This document shows, one piece after another, positions 1 to 12,641 of a stretch of 64,000 bases of DNA (positions are counted from its first letter, which is position 1; the number at the start of each line of letters is the position of its first letter). The stretch is from the NCBI GenBank assembly GCA_963693365.1, contig CAVNZM010000011.1, forward strand, positions 7,801,937 through 7,865,936, in the 5' to 3' direction. Position numbers and translations under genes: made by a program. The DNA is from Amoebidium appalachense (lineage: Eukaryota > Protista > Ichthyosporea). The notes under the pieces were generated by a model. The model ran no database searches. It was not told where the DNA came from and was given only the letters and a program-made list of their open reading frames with translations.

Positions 1-392
1 CACTACGGTCCATAGTCATGTCATGTGCATAGTGCATGCGTAGGCACAAGGGATAGTGTGCCCTATAGAACCATGACACATTCAGGGGATAGACATATAG
101 CGTATACGGGTACAGGCATAGCACACATGGGCCTAGAGGCAGGGCAGGTCAAAGGTATGTCTGAAAGGGCCTTGGTGGTTGGGGTCCTAGCCTGCACAGA
201 AACTTCTATAAATTCGCTTACGGGACAAAGAAGGTCGAGGGAGAAAGAATCTGCCTTCGGGAGGCTGGGCACGGGAGACACTGCTTTTATAGTATCTGTA
301 TGAACGTGTGTACGTGTGTGTGTGTGTACGTGTGTGCATGTGTGTGTAAGGGTGGCGGGGGGGGGGGGGGGGGGGGGGTGTTGTTGTGATAC

Positions 393-970
393 ATTTTGTG
401 AAGATAGCCTCGTTGCCTATGGCCACATTGTGCTCGTTGACGCCCATCTCTGCCCCCCACATCCACTGCGGCCCCACAGCCACACTCACTGCTTGCACTA
501 CCTCATGCACATCAAGCCAACCCCCCCCCTCCCCCTCCCCCCCCTTCCTCCCTCCACATATCCACCACCACCACCACCCCTACCAACCCTCCCCCCCCCC
601 CCCCCCCCCCCCCTCCACACACGCACACACCTCTAGCAACCCCCTTCCCCCCCCACCCATCCCTCCTACCCCCCCCCCCCCAAAAAAAAACAAAACAAAA
701 AAAAACCAAAAAAAAAACCTACTATCACCACCACAACCACTACCGACACCACCTCCCTGCATGCACCAAAGTGGTGCTGCTCGGATGTAGGGGGGACTGG
801 AAATCAATATACAACCACCGTCACACATATCCCAGCTCAAGCAGGTCACAGTTACACACAGGCACGCACATGCATGCGCCCCCTCCCTCCCTCCCCCCTT
901 CCCCCCAACACACAAACACACAGACCACACACACACACATGCAAACACACATGCACACACACGCGCGCAT

Positions 971-1050
<80 letters not shown>

Positions 1051-1889
1051 CCACACACGCACACACAACCACACACACACACACACACCTGGGGCTTTGC
1101 CAGCAGCACTGCATGTGTGAGGAGGGCCTGGTCTATGGTGGTGTACGTGCACACTAGCTGGTCCCCTGTATCGTGCTCCTTGCGGGGCAGGCACACCACC
1201 TGCATAGGTGGGTTGGAGTAATCACGCGATGCTCTATGAGTTGTACCACGAAAAGAGAAGAGTGGAAGGCAGAACAATATCATAATGATGATTCTTCTAC
1301 ACAACAGGGAAAGAAGACAAGGGGAAAGGGTATTGCACACCCATGCGATGCACAGGGAGTTAAGAGGTGCAGCTTTCATACGGGCACACAACACACAGAC
1401 ACACGCGCGCGCGTACATACGCACAGACACGCACAAATACACGTACACACAGACACGCGCAAACGTACACAAACACAAACCACACAGGCACACAAGTGCC
1501 CACCAACGCGCATAAAGTCACACACACACAAAAACACAAAAACACACACTGAGAGAGAAACACACACACACACACAGGCACGCTAGAAAGAGAGGCGGAA
1601 GGAGGGAAGTGGGTGTCTGAAGGAGCAGCAGTACCCGCGCGCTTGGTGTGATATAGGCACCAAGAATTCCGCACAGCAAGATCGGTATACCAACAGAAAA
1701 TAAGCTTGCATGCATGGCCGGATGCGCGCGAAAAAGGCGGGAAAAGACACACACTCGGCACAAAGCAGCACACTCTTTCCTTTTGCTACTGACCTCGTGT
1801 GCCTCGTTGGGGTCTCTGTCGCTGTTCTTTGCAAATATCGTCTCGCCATTTTCCCCCGTGCCAAGGCACAGAAACGTGTCACACGGCAT
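393..1889 (-). CDS. SCRN: Secernin / peptidase C69 family protein, 5' part (exons 1889-1794, 1199-1089, 465-393); continues beyond window start
   Basis: GT-AG splicing gives MPCDTFLCLGTGENGETIFAKNSDRDPNEAHE|VVCLPRKEHDTGDQLVCTYTTIDQALLTHAVLLAKPQ|WMWGAEMGVNEHNVAIGNEAIFTK. This matches the secernin motifs CDTF, KNSDR, CTY and WxWGAEMGxNEH..IGNEA. Paralog identity is not determinable. Confidence 0.9.
972..1047. repeat. (CA)n microsatellite in a secernin intron, (GT)n on the sense strand; representative of many similar tracts
   Basis: Pure CA run seen directly. Similar tracts lie at about 2678-2730, 6370-6435, 18700-18900, 35893-36000 and 42563-42648. Confidence 0.97.
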
Positions 1890-2432
1890 GATGGAAGCGG
1901 ATTACTGAAATTGTGTTCGTGCAAATTGCCTGTTTGGGGGCCCCGTAGGAGTATATGTGTGGGGGCTAAGTTATATCAACTGAGGCCTAAACACCTACAC
2001 AGGGGATCAATAGTGAAAGGACCGCAACTAAACTCAAAGAGGCAAGGGTCGAGCTCTGGGTCGAGCTTTTCACTTGAAGGGCTGCGGAAGAGACAACAAA
2101 AAAACATTTGGTGTGATGCCGGGACAGCCAATCAAAATGTATCACCCATATATGGTTCTCCAAATGGTTTTGTGATTGGTTACAAAAGGTAATTCATGAG
2201 CCATCATGACGTCACCACAAACTTTCTCTCCCCGCCCCGCCTACTCTGGAGGCCTTGCTCCGCACTCACCGTGGAAGCCTCGCAGTCGCACCCTCAGTCG
2301 CACACGGTTACTAACAACCTACCGAGTTGCACCTTTGTAATCCTCAAAACACATAGGCCCATATCTTTTTCTCTGGCGCCCATATCTTGTTCTCTAGTGG
2401 TGCGTGCTGGTGCCTCTGTGGCTGGGCTGAGA
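1890..2432. promoter_or_regulatory. Bidirectional promoter between secernin and FRG1
   Basis: Divergent ATGs at 1889 (-) and 2433 (+). Contains CCAAT 2128-2132, ATTGG 2175-2179, CRE palindrome TGACGTCA 2207-2214 and GC box CCCCGCCCC at about 2230-2238, and lacks microsatellites. Confidence 0.7.
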
Positions 2433-2511
2433 ATGGCAAGCTACGAGGTGGCCAAGAGCAGCAAGCTCACCTTCAAGGGCGAGTCCACAAAGTAAGAGGG
2501 GGGGCAGGGAG

Positions 2512-2550
<39 letters not shown>

Positions 2551-2674
2551 GGGGGGGGGGAATAGGGAGGTGTTGTGGCAGCGACAGAGCGTCTGTATAC
2601 GAAAAATGATATAGTTGGGGTGGAGATGGATGGGGGCGGGCTAGCAAAGAGAGGGATAGTATGTGTGTCGTGAG

Positions 2675-2733
<59 letters not shown>

Positions 2734-2811
2734 TTTGGGGGGGGGGGGGACGGAGGGTTGGGGGAGGGGGAGGGAGGAAAGAAGGAGAGAGGGAATGGGG
2801 GGGACGGGGGG

Positions 2812-2889
<78 letters not shown>

Positions 2890-2920
2890 GAGAGAGATAG
2901 AAGGAGGGGGGGGGGGGGGG

Positions 2921-2962
<42 letters not shown>

Positions 2963-3070
2963 GGAGAGAAAAGAGAGAAGGGGAGAGAATCTGGAGTATA
3001 TATATATATATGGAGATCGTGTGTGTGTGTACGTGTGTGTGGTGTGGGTGGTGCTGGTGGTGGTGGTGGT

Positions 3071-3101
<31 letters not shown>

Positions 3102-5626
3102 GAGGGAGGGGGGGGGGGGGGGGAAGGGGGGAAGGGGAGAATACTGTTGCCTTCGCCGAAGAATTTTGGATTCTTCGGCGAAGGCAACAAGGGATACGGG
3201 TTTGAGAAGGGAGTCCTTTGAGGATTGGCAAGTGGGAAGGATGGCTGGAAGGTTCCAGGCAAAACTAGTGGTTTTTTGTGGGGAGGTGGGGCAGGGAAGG
3301 ACAGAATGAGGGGGTTGTGGGCCGGAGGAGAAGCGGAGGCGGGGGGAGGGGAGGTGAAGCTGCGATATTTTTTGGTATGGTGGTGATGTTTAAAGTGTGT
3401 CAGGTCAACTCTTTTTTTGGAGAGGCAGTGGGGAGGGGAAACTTGGAACCTCTCTGCAAGGGACATTCTAGCCCGGGGCCGGGGGGGGGGGGGGGGGGGG
3501 GGGAGGGAGGGGGGGGGAGGGGGCTTCGACGTGGGGCCTTGGTAGCCTGTCAGTAAGGAAAAGGCAACGGGTTGTGAGGAAGGCAACACCCGCACCCTGC
3601 TTGTTTCTGTTTGGTGCCTTGGGGCACTGACTGATGGTGGTCTGCAGGAAGAAGAAGAAGCACAAGCACAAGAGGAAGGCGGAGGAGGTGGAGAAGGCAG
3701 ACCTCATACACGGTGCGTGAGGAGCTGGGGGGAGGAGGGGGATGGGGGGGGGCTGATAAATGGGGGAGAGGGTGCTTTTGTGTGTCCTTTTTTTTTGGGG
3801 GGGGGGGGGGGGGGGGGGAGCGAGGACTGGTTGAGGGGGCTTTTTTTTTGGGGGGGGGGGGGGGGGGTGTGGGTGTGGAGGGGGGGGGGGGGGGGGGGGG
3901 GGGGGACATGTGTATGTGTGCATGGGTGAGTGGGTGCAAGTGTAGGGGTGTGTGTGTGAGGGAGGTGGGGGGAGAGGGGGAGGGGAGAGTGGGGGGGGGG
4001 GTTGGCAATGTGTGTATTGGGGGAGTGGGTGGGTGTGGTGGGTGCATGTGTATTGTTGTGTGTGTGGGGAGGGGGGAGGGGGGAGGGGGGCTGGTGAATG
4101 TGGTGTGGATAAGAGGTAGGGTACGTAGATGTAGATGGATGTTGGGGAGAGGGGGGGGGAGGGTAGAGAAGAATGGGAGAAAAACTTACATGAAGAGAGA
4201 GGAGATTGTGTTGGTAGTGAATGGGTGAGACTGTGTGTGTGTGATGAGCGATTAGGGGTGAGTTGCTGCTGCAAAGGGGAGGGGGGGGGGGGGGGGGGAG
4301 GGGGGAGAATTTAGGTGTGTGTAGGAAGGGGTGAAGAATTTAGGTGTGTGTAGGAAGGTGGTGAAGGATTTAGATGTGTGTAGGAAGGTGGTGTAGCTGG
4401 GTGCATGCAGTGGGGTAACTGGGTGGATTCAAGTGGGGTAACTGGGTGAATTCAAGTGGGGCTATTGGGTGGATTCAAGTGGGGTAGCTGGGTGGATTCA
4501 AGTGGGGTAACTGGGTGGGTTCAAGTGGGGTAACTGGGTGGATTCAAAGTGGGGTAACTGTGTGGATTCAAGTGGGGCAACTGGGTGGATTCAAGTGGGG
4601 TAAGTGGGTGGATTCAAGTGGGTTAACTGGGTGGATGCAAGTGGGGTAACTGGGAGGATTCTAGTGGGGTAACTGGGTGGGTTTGTGCAGGCAGGTGGTG
4701 GCCAATCACATCCCTGGAGGAGTTCAAGGGGCCAGTCATTTTGCAGTGGCACGATGGCAGATATCTTTTTGCTGAGGTGGGTGGGTGGGTGGTGGTGGTG
4801 GTGGTGGTGGTGTGGTGTGTCGGGGGGGAAGGGGGGGGGGGGGGGGGGGGGGGGCTGAGAGGTGCTTGTGTGGCATGTGTGTGTGTTGGGGGGGGGGGGG
4901 GGGGGGGGGGGGAGGAGCGGGGGATGTGTGTGTTTGTGGGGGGGGGGGGGGGGGAGGAGGTGTGAGAGGTGCATGTGTGGCATGTGTGGCATGTGTGTGT
5001 GGGAGTTGGGGGGGGGGGGGGGGGAGAGGACAGCGCAGAGGGGTGTGTGGATGTATGTGTGCTTTTGGGGGGGCAGGAGGCGGATGTGTGGGGTGTGTGT
5101 GTGTGTGGGGAGAGGGGGAGGGGGGATGTGTGTGTGTGCGCCGGGGGCATGTGGGGATGTGTGTGTGTGCGCCGGGGGCATGTGGGGATGTGTGTGTGTG
5201 CGCCGGGGGCATGTGGGGATGTGTGTGTGTGCGCCGGGGGCATGTGGGGATGTGTGTGTGTGCGCCGGGGGCATGTGGGGATGTGTGTGTGTGCGCCGGG
5301 GGCATGTGGGGATGTGTGTGTGTGCGCCGGGGGCATGTGGGGATGTGTGTGTGTGCGCCGGGGGCATGTGGGGATGTGTGTGTGTGCGCCGGGGGCATGT
5401 GGGGGGAGGGGGGGGGGGTTGGGAAGGGTTGGAGCTGTGCAGGAAGCACACGGTTGGACTTTCATTGTTGTTTGGTCCAATGGCAGGTCACCGTGTGCAT
5501 GCAGTTGCTGGGTGGGTGTCTGCGATGAGCAAGCATGGATGTAAGACGAATGGGGATGGCACAAAGGGTGTGGTTGTGGCAGAATGGGCAGTGGTCTTGG
5601 AGTTGGTTGAGGATGGGTGTGTGTGT

Positions 5627-5708
<82 letters not shown>

Positions 5709-6366
5709 TGTGGGCCAAGTTGGTGGCTAATGGTTGCTTTTCGGTCGGTGTTTTGAACTGGCCATCTCCTTGTGTCCTTTGCAGCCTTTGACAGGGGGGT
5801 TGGGCGCAGGTGTCTGCAACATTCAAGGCGGGTGACCTCAGAGACACAGGTTGGTGCTATGGTTTGCTTGGTTTCTTTTTCCTTTTTGGTGGAGGGGGCC
5901 GGGGGGAGGGGGGATGGTGGAGGGGGGGATGGTGTGGGGAGGGGGGGGGGGGGGGGGGGGGGGGGGAGGGGGAGGGGGGAGGGGGGGGGGGGGGGGGGGA
6001 AGGCAGTGGAGGGGGGATGGTGTGTGTGTGTTGGGGGGGGGGGGGGGGGGGGGGAGGGGGAGGGGGGAAGGCAGTGGACGAGGATAAGGGGGGGGGGGGG
6101 GCAAGGGTGAAACACATACGCGAAATGGTTTGGAGAAGGAGAGGGAGGGCGATGGGGGGGGGAGGTGAAGTAACTTTTTGAAATGCTAAAAAGAAGTCAT
6201 GTGAAGGGTGGCAAGGCAAAGGGGTGTGTGTGGTGTGTGTGTGTGTGTGTTGGGGGGGGTTGGAGGGGGGGGGGGGGGGGGGGGGGGAGGATGGGGATTA
6301 AGTGCATTTGTGTGTGTGTGTATGTGTTCGTTGTTATGTGTGTTTGTATGTGTGTGTTTGATTGTG

Positions 6367-6441
<75 letters not shown>

Positions 6442-6821
6442 TACTTAGCACTTGTGCGTGCGTGTGGGTACATGCCTGTTTTCTGCGCCTGTGCATTACG
6501 TCCCCCTACTAACACAAACACCTCTATGAGCAGATGACCCCGAGGGCTTTGATCCAGCCGAGGTGTTCACGGTGGTGCAGGCAGGCAGTGGGCAGATAGG
6601 GCTCAAGAGTGGCTATGACCGCTATCTGGGCACAAACAGCAGTGGAAAGCTGACGGGATATGCCGAGGCCATAGGCCAGCTGGAGATGTGGATTCCTGAG
6701 CTGGATGAGGTGGGGTGGGTGCACAGTGTAGTCCTAGGGGGCATTTGGTTTGGGCTGACACAAAGTTCTACACACTGTGCGAGCATGCACACACACACAC
6801 ACACATACACACACACACACT

Positions 6822-6864
<43 letters not shown>

Positions 6865-8301
6865 TTCTCTCTCTCTCTCTCGAATAAAGCCCATCTGGTG
6901 CAGGGCTTTGGATGGATTGCACTCGGCATGCCTTCTGGGGTCTAGCATGGGTGTGGGGCATGTTTGGGTGGGTGGAGGGGGGGGGGGGGGGGATGGCCAT
7001 ACAGCACGTGCATGGGCCCTGACTGTGTGGGGGCAGGGCATGGTGCACCTCAAGAGCAGCATCGGCAAGTACATGACACGTAAGTGCCTGCACCAAGCCC
7101 CCCCAAAAAATGGCTCATAGCAATGAACAGTGCCTGCCTGTGTGGTGCGTAGTTGCAGAAACAACCGCTCTCCACTACAACTGTTGGCCTCTTTCTTGTC
7201 TTGCCAATACTTAGAGAAAGGGGGGAAACCCTGGCCCAGGGGGGGGGGGGGAGGGGGCGGGGGGGGGGGGCATAAAGCTAGGATGCACGTATATGGGGCA
7301 GGGTCATTGATGGACAGGCAGGGGAGCTGTGTGCTGAGGTCATGTGCAGTGCAGGAGGATGGGACTGTGCGCTGTGAGGAGAAGGAACAGGGGCAAAGCA
7401 CAGCCATGCGGGTGTGGTCGGGGGAGACACCGCCTAGCAAGAAGCAGAAGGGGGATGGGCAGGGTGACCTCAAGTCATTCGAGAAGGATGCCGCGTACGT
7501 GGTCCCCGGGGGAGGGGGGAGGGGGTAGGGAGTGGATGTGTGTGTGTGGGGGGGGGGGGGGGGGAGGTGGGGGGAGGTAGGGAAGGGGTGTGTGTGTGTG
7601 GGGGGGGGGGGGGGAGGTAGGGAGAGGGTGTGTGTGTTCGGGGAGGGGGGGACGGAGAAGGGGCTGTGTGGGGAGGGGGGGGGGGGAGGAAGGGAGAGGG
7701 TGTGTGTGGTGGGGAGGGGGGGGGGGGGAGGGGGGGGAGGGGGAGGGGGGCAGCAGGGCACAGAAGGTGGGGATGGGGAGGCTGAGACATGGTTGCATGA
7801 GCAATTGGGCACACAAAGACACAGCCACAGCCACAGGCAGTTGGGAAGGTTGTTAAGTGGTGGGGGAGGGAGGAAAGGCAAGGCAAGGGGCTACTGGGTG
7901 GTCTCTGTGCCTGCAGGACTGTGGTCAGTGCAGACATATGGAATGCTGACTGGGTGGATTTACACAGCAAGCGGTTCCAGAGCTACATGGGGCGGGGGTA
8001 TGAGGGGCTGGACAACGAGGGCCTGAAGAAGGCAAGGAAGGAGGGCAAGCTGAGCGAGGCATTGCTGGTACGTGCTGGGGGGGGGGGGGGGGGGGGGGGG
8101 GGGGGTGGGAGGGAGGGAGGGGGGAGGATGCGCATAAGAAAAAAGTGGGGAAGGGAAGGGACAAAGGGATCGCTGTCAGGATTCGTGCAAAGATCGTTGT
8201 CACTTGTCAGGTCACACACACACAAACACACACACACTCTCTCGCTCTCTTTTTTTTTTTTTTGTGTGTGTGTGTCCGTGTGTGTGTTTGTGGGGGGGGC
8301 A

Positions 8302-8339
<38 letters not shown>

Positions 8340-8768
8340 GGTGGAGGGGGGGGGGAAGGGGCTGGTAGGGGCTAAGGGGACTCTCTGGTGACGGGAGGAC
8401 TGGGGTTGGAATATGGCTATGCGGGGCACAATGTACATTGGGGCAGGACATGGCAGCAGTGGAGGGGGGTGGTTGGTGGGTGTGGGTGTGTAGGTGTGTG
8501 TGCGGGTAGCTGGGGGTTAGGGGGAGGGTGGGGGGGAGGGTGGGTGGGTATAGAATGTGTTACAGATTACGAAGTACACAAGGCGCAAAGCACACACCAA
8601 GACTATGGGGAGGAGGGAGGGAGGGGGGCCAGGCAAGGATGTGTTGGTGGGTTTGGGGAGACACAGGGCAAGCTAGTTGGGAGGGGATCCATTTGGCCTA
8701 TGACCGACGTGCTTGGGGGGGTGCAGGACCGCAGAGAGAAGGGCAAGGCCGACCGCTACTGCAAATAG
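2433..8768 (+). CDS. FRG1: FRG1 homolog (spliceosome-associated, fascin-like domain); exons 2433-2491, 3648-3712, 4691-4776, 5810-5849, 6534-6709, 7037-7079, 7350-7494, 7968-8067, 8727-8768
   Basis: All introns are GT-AG and phase-consistent. Spliced protein MASYEVAKSSKLTFKG..KKKKHKHKRK..GRWWPIT..PAEVFTVVQAGSGQIGLKSGYDRYLG..EAIGQLEMWIP..KRFQSY..LKKARKEGKLSEALLDRREKGKADRYCK* carries the diagnostic FRG1 C-terminus (LLDRR.K.KADRYCK). A perfect TACTAAC branch point lies at 6507-6513. Confidence 0.95.
2816..2960. repeat. (GA)n microsatellite in FRG1 intron 1
   Basis: Long AG dinucleotide runs seen directly. Confidence 0.95.
4410..4680 (+). repeat. 23-bp minisatellite (GTGGGGTAACTGGGTGGATTCAA), about 12 copies, ending just before the FRG1 exon 3 acceptor
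   Basis: Period 23 seen directly. The last copy runs into gtttgtgcag at 4681-4690. Confidence 0.92.
5126..5404 (+). repeat. 31-bp minisatellite (ATGTGTGTGTGTGCGCCGGGGGCATGTGGGG) x9 in FRG1 intron 3
   Basis: Nine identical tandem units. Confidence 0.95.
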
Positions 8769-9052
8769 CCGGGGGGTGTCGGGGTGCACCTTGGCGTGGC
8801 CTGTCGGAGTCCAATTAGGGGGCTCAGGATGCGGCTGGTGTGATGGTTGGGGTCATGGCTGGCAGAATAGACGAGTGGGCCGGCTCTGGGGCCACGGTTC
8901 ATCCACAAGAATGCGCATCAAAATAGGTTGCATGGTTGTCTATTGTGCAATGTTGGTGTTTGCTGTGATTGTGAGTGAGAAGGGCCGGGGAGGTGGGGCA
9001 GGGCCATTAAAAGCACATTAGGCGATATGGTTGACCAGACTTCCACGGTACT

Positions 9053-9300
9053 CCTGTGATACACTCTGCTTTTGGTGTACCCCTTGTGCAGGGTTTCACC
9101 GTTTTCTTGTGATAGACTGCATAGGTGACACAATGCTTTACAGGAGGTCACCATGCATGTGATATGTGATATTTCCCCTATCGTACATCTGTGATGTACT
9201 CATTTACAGGGTTTCACGTTTATGTGTGTGATATACTTCCAATTTGATATACTCCTTAATGGGTTTCGCGGTGCAGGTGTGATGTACTTTTTCAAGGGTA
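9053..9300. repeat. Degenerate ~35-bp tandem repeat (consensus roughly GTGATGTACTC..TTACAGGGTTTCACG) downstream of FRG1
   Basis: Recurrent TGATRTACT and AGGGTTTCAC/GGGTTTCGC blocks at about 35-bp spacing; strongly diverged. Confidence 0.5.
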
Positions 9301-9982
9301 TGCATCATTGGAACGAGTGTCATGTATTCATGTATGCGGGATTCTGCTTTTTTTTTTTCACGGGATATTTGATGCCAGCTGGTTACAAACCAGCCTCAGC
9401 CTGCTGACTGGATCGGTGAAAGCCACGAATGCTTAAAGATTCCAACTAAATTGCGACCAGCAGCTCTTCTGCCCATGTACGGGCTGCGCTTCTAGGGTTG
9501 CCAATACTCAGAATATATTTATCTAGATACTCGGCACGTATTCTGCACGGCGTTTATAGTTCTTTTGCATCCTGGCAACTGTGTTCTCCTTTGCATTCTG
9601 TGCGATTATACTCCATCTACATGTTGCGCATGCGCCCATACTGTATATATGTACACCGGTCTCCTCTACTAAGTGGCCCCAAACATGCCTCCTCCCCCGT
9701 CACTATCAAACACATACCACTGGGTAGGTGACCGGTGAACCTCTTTCAACACACTATTAGTGGTGCGCCTGCTGATACATGTGCTATCATCTAGTGTCCG
9801 ACACTATATGTGCTATCTATCATCTAGTGTCCGACACTATATGTGCTATCATCTAGTGTCACACGGCATTATGATTGGCTGTACTGGTGTGCCTGCAGGA
9901 TCCTCCTCCTAATTGATGCCACCAAGCCAAGTCTTATAGATCATATGATAGGGCCACATATGCCCACCACGGCCTCTACTGT

Positions 9983-11026
9983 TCATCCTCGTCCTGTGCC
10001 TGTGCTTGCTTTACGCCCTTGCCCAAGATTGCCCTTTTGTGTGTAGTCCATCTTTCTGCAGCGCATGCCATGACTGGCCCAATAGTGGTACTGTAGCGAC
10101 CGCCAGTGCTCAAACTGCCTGGGGCACTGCTGCTCCTTGCACACGTACAGGCGGCTAAGCTCGGCCTTTGTTCTCCGCCTGCCCTTCATCTTCAGTCCCC
10201 TCACCAAATGGCTTGTGCTTGACTGACGCTCGGTTTGATGAGATGTCAGGGGCGGCAGTGGCGTCACGGTGTGCGGAGGCTCGGTTTTCGCGCGTTTCAG
10301 ACCGTTTGGGGCTGGGCTGTGGGGCGGAGCAGATGCTCTTGATGGTGCCAGCTGGGGTGAGGGCATGGGTGTGGGTGTGGGGAGTGTGGGTGTGTTGGTT
10401 GCCAATGGTGCGCTGGTGACGGCCAGCATGGGTGTATATGTAGGTAGTGCTGTGGGTGGTTGGGTGGTGTAGGCTTGGGTGTTGACTGTTGCCACCAAAG
10501 CCAGCAGGTCAACCTCAAGGTCTTCAAAGCAAAAGTGGGTGGCTAGGTCGGGCATGGACTGCGTGGCGCTAGTGGTTGGGCTGCACAGGGTGGTGGGCCC
10601 TGATTGGTGGCTGGGGGGTGGTGAGTCTAGGGGGCCAAGGATGGCCACCAGCTGCACGTCCAATAGAAGGTCGCTGCTGCAGTATGATGACGTCACACCG
10701 TATGTGGACAATGGGGGCGATAGCAGCATGGCCTGCAGGGGATCGACACTGCCAGGCGATATGTGTTGGGGGGCAGGCGGGTAGGTGTAGGTGGGGTAGC
10801 TTGCAGATGGCGGTGTGGGGATGTACGGGTAGGTGGCTGGCTCCATCTTGAGGTGCAGGGGGAGATGTGCCTGTGCGGGGTAGGCGGGTGTGGCGGGCAT
10901 GATCTGGTAGGTTCCATGGGTGTGCACGGGCGCTGTGGCCATGGCCTGCATGGGCCCATGGGCCATGGCGGTGGACATGTGAGGTGTGTGGGTCACCATG
11001 GAGGTGGTGACTGGCTGCTTGCACTG
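9983..11026 (-). CDS. Single C2H2 zinc-finger transcription-factor-like protein with Pro/Thr/Ala/Tyr-rich N-terminal region (terminal exon; upstream exons likely)
   Basis: 338-aa ORF 10999-9983 ending KGRRRTKAELSRLYVCKEQQCPRQFEHWRSLQYHYWASH (C-x4-C..F..L..H-x4-H preceded by a basic stretch). An in-frame acceptor (CTAAC..ttccctgcag) lies just upstream at about 11027. Confidence 0.75.
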   Translation of the reverse strand, partial: QCKQPVTTSMVTHTPHMSTAMAHGPMQAMATAPVHTHGTYQIMPATPAYPAQAHLPLHLKMEPATYPYIPTPPSASYPTYTYPPAPQHISPGSVDPLQAMLLSPPLSTYGVTSSYCSSDLLLDVQLVAILGPLDSPPPSHQSGPTTLCSPTTSATQSMPDLATHFCFEDLEVDLLALVATVNTQAYTTQPPTALPTYTPMLAVTSAPLATNTPTLPTPTPMPSPQLAPSRASAPPHSPAPNGLKRAKTEPPHTVTPLPPLTSHQTERQSSTSHLVRGLKMKGRRRTKAELSRLYVCKEQQCPRQFEHWRSLQYHYWASHGMRCRKMDYTQKGNLGQGRKASTGTGRG

Positions 11027-12641
11027 CTGCAGGGAAAGAGACCACCGTTAGTCCGGGAGGGACCAATGCATACTTTCAATTCGAGCTCACTATGACCCCT
11101 CCTCCCCTCCCCCCTTCCCCCCCCCCCTCCCCCCCCCCCCCCCCTCTCCCCCCTGACTCGGCATCCCGGGCCCCATGGCCAAAAACAACAAACATTATTA
11201 TCCCTTAAAGTAATTGACAGCCTCTTGCATTTGAAAGAGGCCAGGATGCTGATGCATGTGTGTAGCTCAGAGACTTGACCTTGTGGAGTGGGGAAGGTAA
11301 AAATACTGCGGGCAAGATGGCCCGGAATATTGATAGTGCCAAAAATTAGATAACCTCAAATAAGTACTATACGAAGTTTTGGTCATGTAGCCTTATTAAA
11401 AAAAAAAGAAAAAAAAAAGTTAAAAAAGTATGAATCCATGCAGCATTTTTACGGGCTACTCCCTAATGCATAGTTGTAGCAGGGGCTTGTTCGCTACTGC
11501 GCATGCCATGTTTCTGTTTTTTCCCGTGTATCCGCGTCTTCAAATCCTAGCTAGAGGTAGCGAGTTATGACAATGTCGGGCACACCACTTTGTAATCTCT
11601 CGCCACCACCATCACGCACCATAGCCAGCTAGCTAGGGCTTTTGCCTGTATGCAAGTATCAGTGCCAAAAACAACGCTCTCCTGTGCTACGTCAACACAC
11701 CCCATTCACAGGCACCATGCGGCACTGCTCGCTGGGTTCAGCCTGTGGTTTCATGGTCAGGTTGAGGGCCCTATACATGTGTGCATGTGTGCACTTATAA
11801 TTCTGCTAGTACGCTGTACGTTCCACAAGAAGTATTGCACGTGCACCGATTATTTTCGTGCATGCATTGCAGAGTAGACACATATTCATGCACCGTACGT
11901 GGGGCCGGATTATTGCAAAGAAACAAATTAATACTGCCATGGTAACACTTACAACTAGGCTAGGCGCTTTCTCTTTTTAATGTTTTTAGCGCCACTCTAG
12001 TGATCATGCAACCATTTCAGTTGCCTGGTGCACTAGGTGCCGTGTTTAGTAGTAACACCATGCACCTACCTGGTCACTGCCGAAGCTCGCAGAAGAGCAG
12101 CCTTTAACCAGAGAACCCGTTTAGTGCCAAGTTTCAATTGTGACTTGATGAGACTTAGCGGCCATTTAGTCCAAACGAACCATGGTTGTAGTTGCATACC
12201 TGCACCGTGGCAAACTGATAGCTTGAGGCTATCTTGGCCCACCTCATAACGAGGGGTTGGAATATGGCGGCTCACGGCAAGAAGGCAAAGATCCCGCCAT
12301 GACCTGTGGCCAAAAAAACGGGGCGTGGCTGGAGGGATCTGCTGCGGAATGAGGTTGCTCTGAGCTTAGCTTGGGGCACGCTTCCTCTATCCATCCTCAC
12401 GTGTATTATGAGCCCACATGCGTGTGACGGTGTGACCCCGTGCTCGCTCTGATATTAAAGGTGGGTGTAGCGGTCAGTCACGCGGTAGTATTGCTGGAAG
12501 GGATGCACATGCTAGCCCAACATTAACAGCATACGTAGTGAATAGAGAAATAATATCGATGTATTATGCGGATAACATGTCTGCAGGGCTTTACTTGAAG
12601 AGACCAGCGTGGTTTTGACGCGTGGGAGGACGTGCGTGACT

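Noticed and set aside
316-8451. Long poly-Pro, poly-Gly, (HT)n, (CV)n and (ER)n ORFs in the ORF track
   Set aside because: They are translations of intronic homopolymers and microsatellites, open in several frames on both strands; the same applies throughout the window.
9493-9583. hAT-like TAGGGTTGCCA / TGGCAAC mini-element
   Set aside because: Only 7 bp of inverted match and no 8-bp TSD.
12260-12500. tRNA-derived SINE or Pol III RNA
   Set aside because: There is a weak A-box-like motif and a short stem (ATGGCGG/CCGCCAT), but no B box, cloverleaf or T-run terminator.
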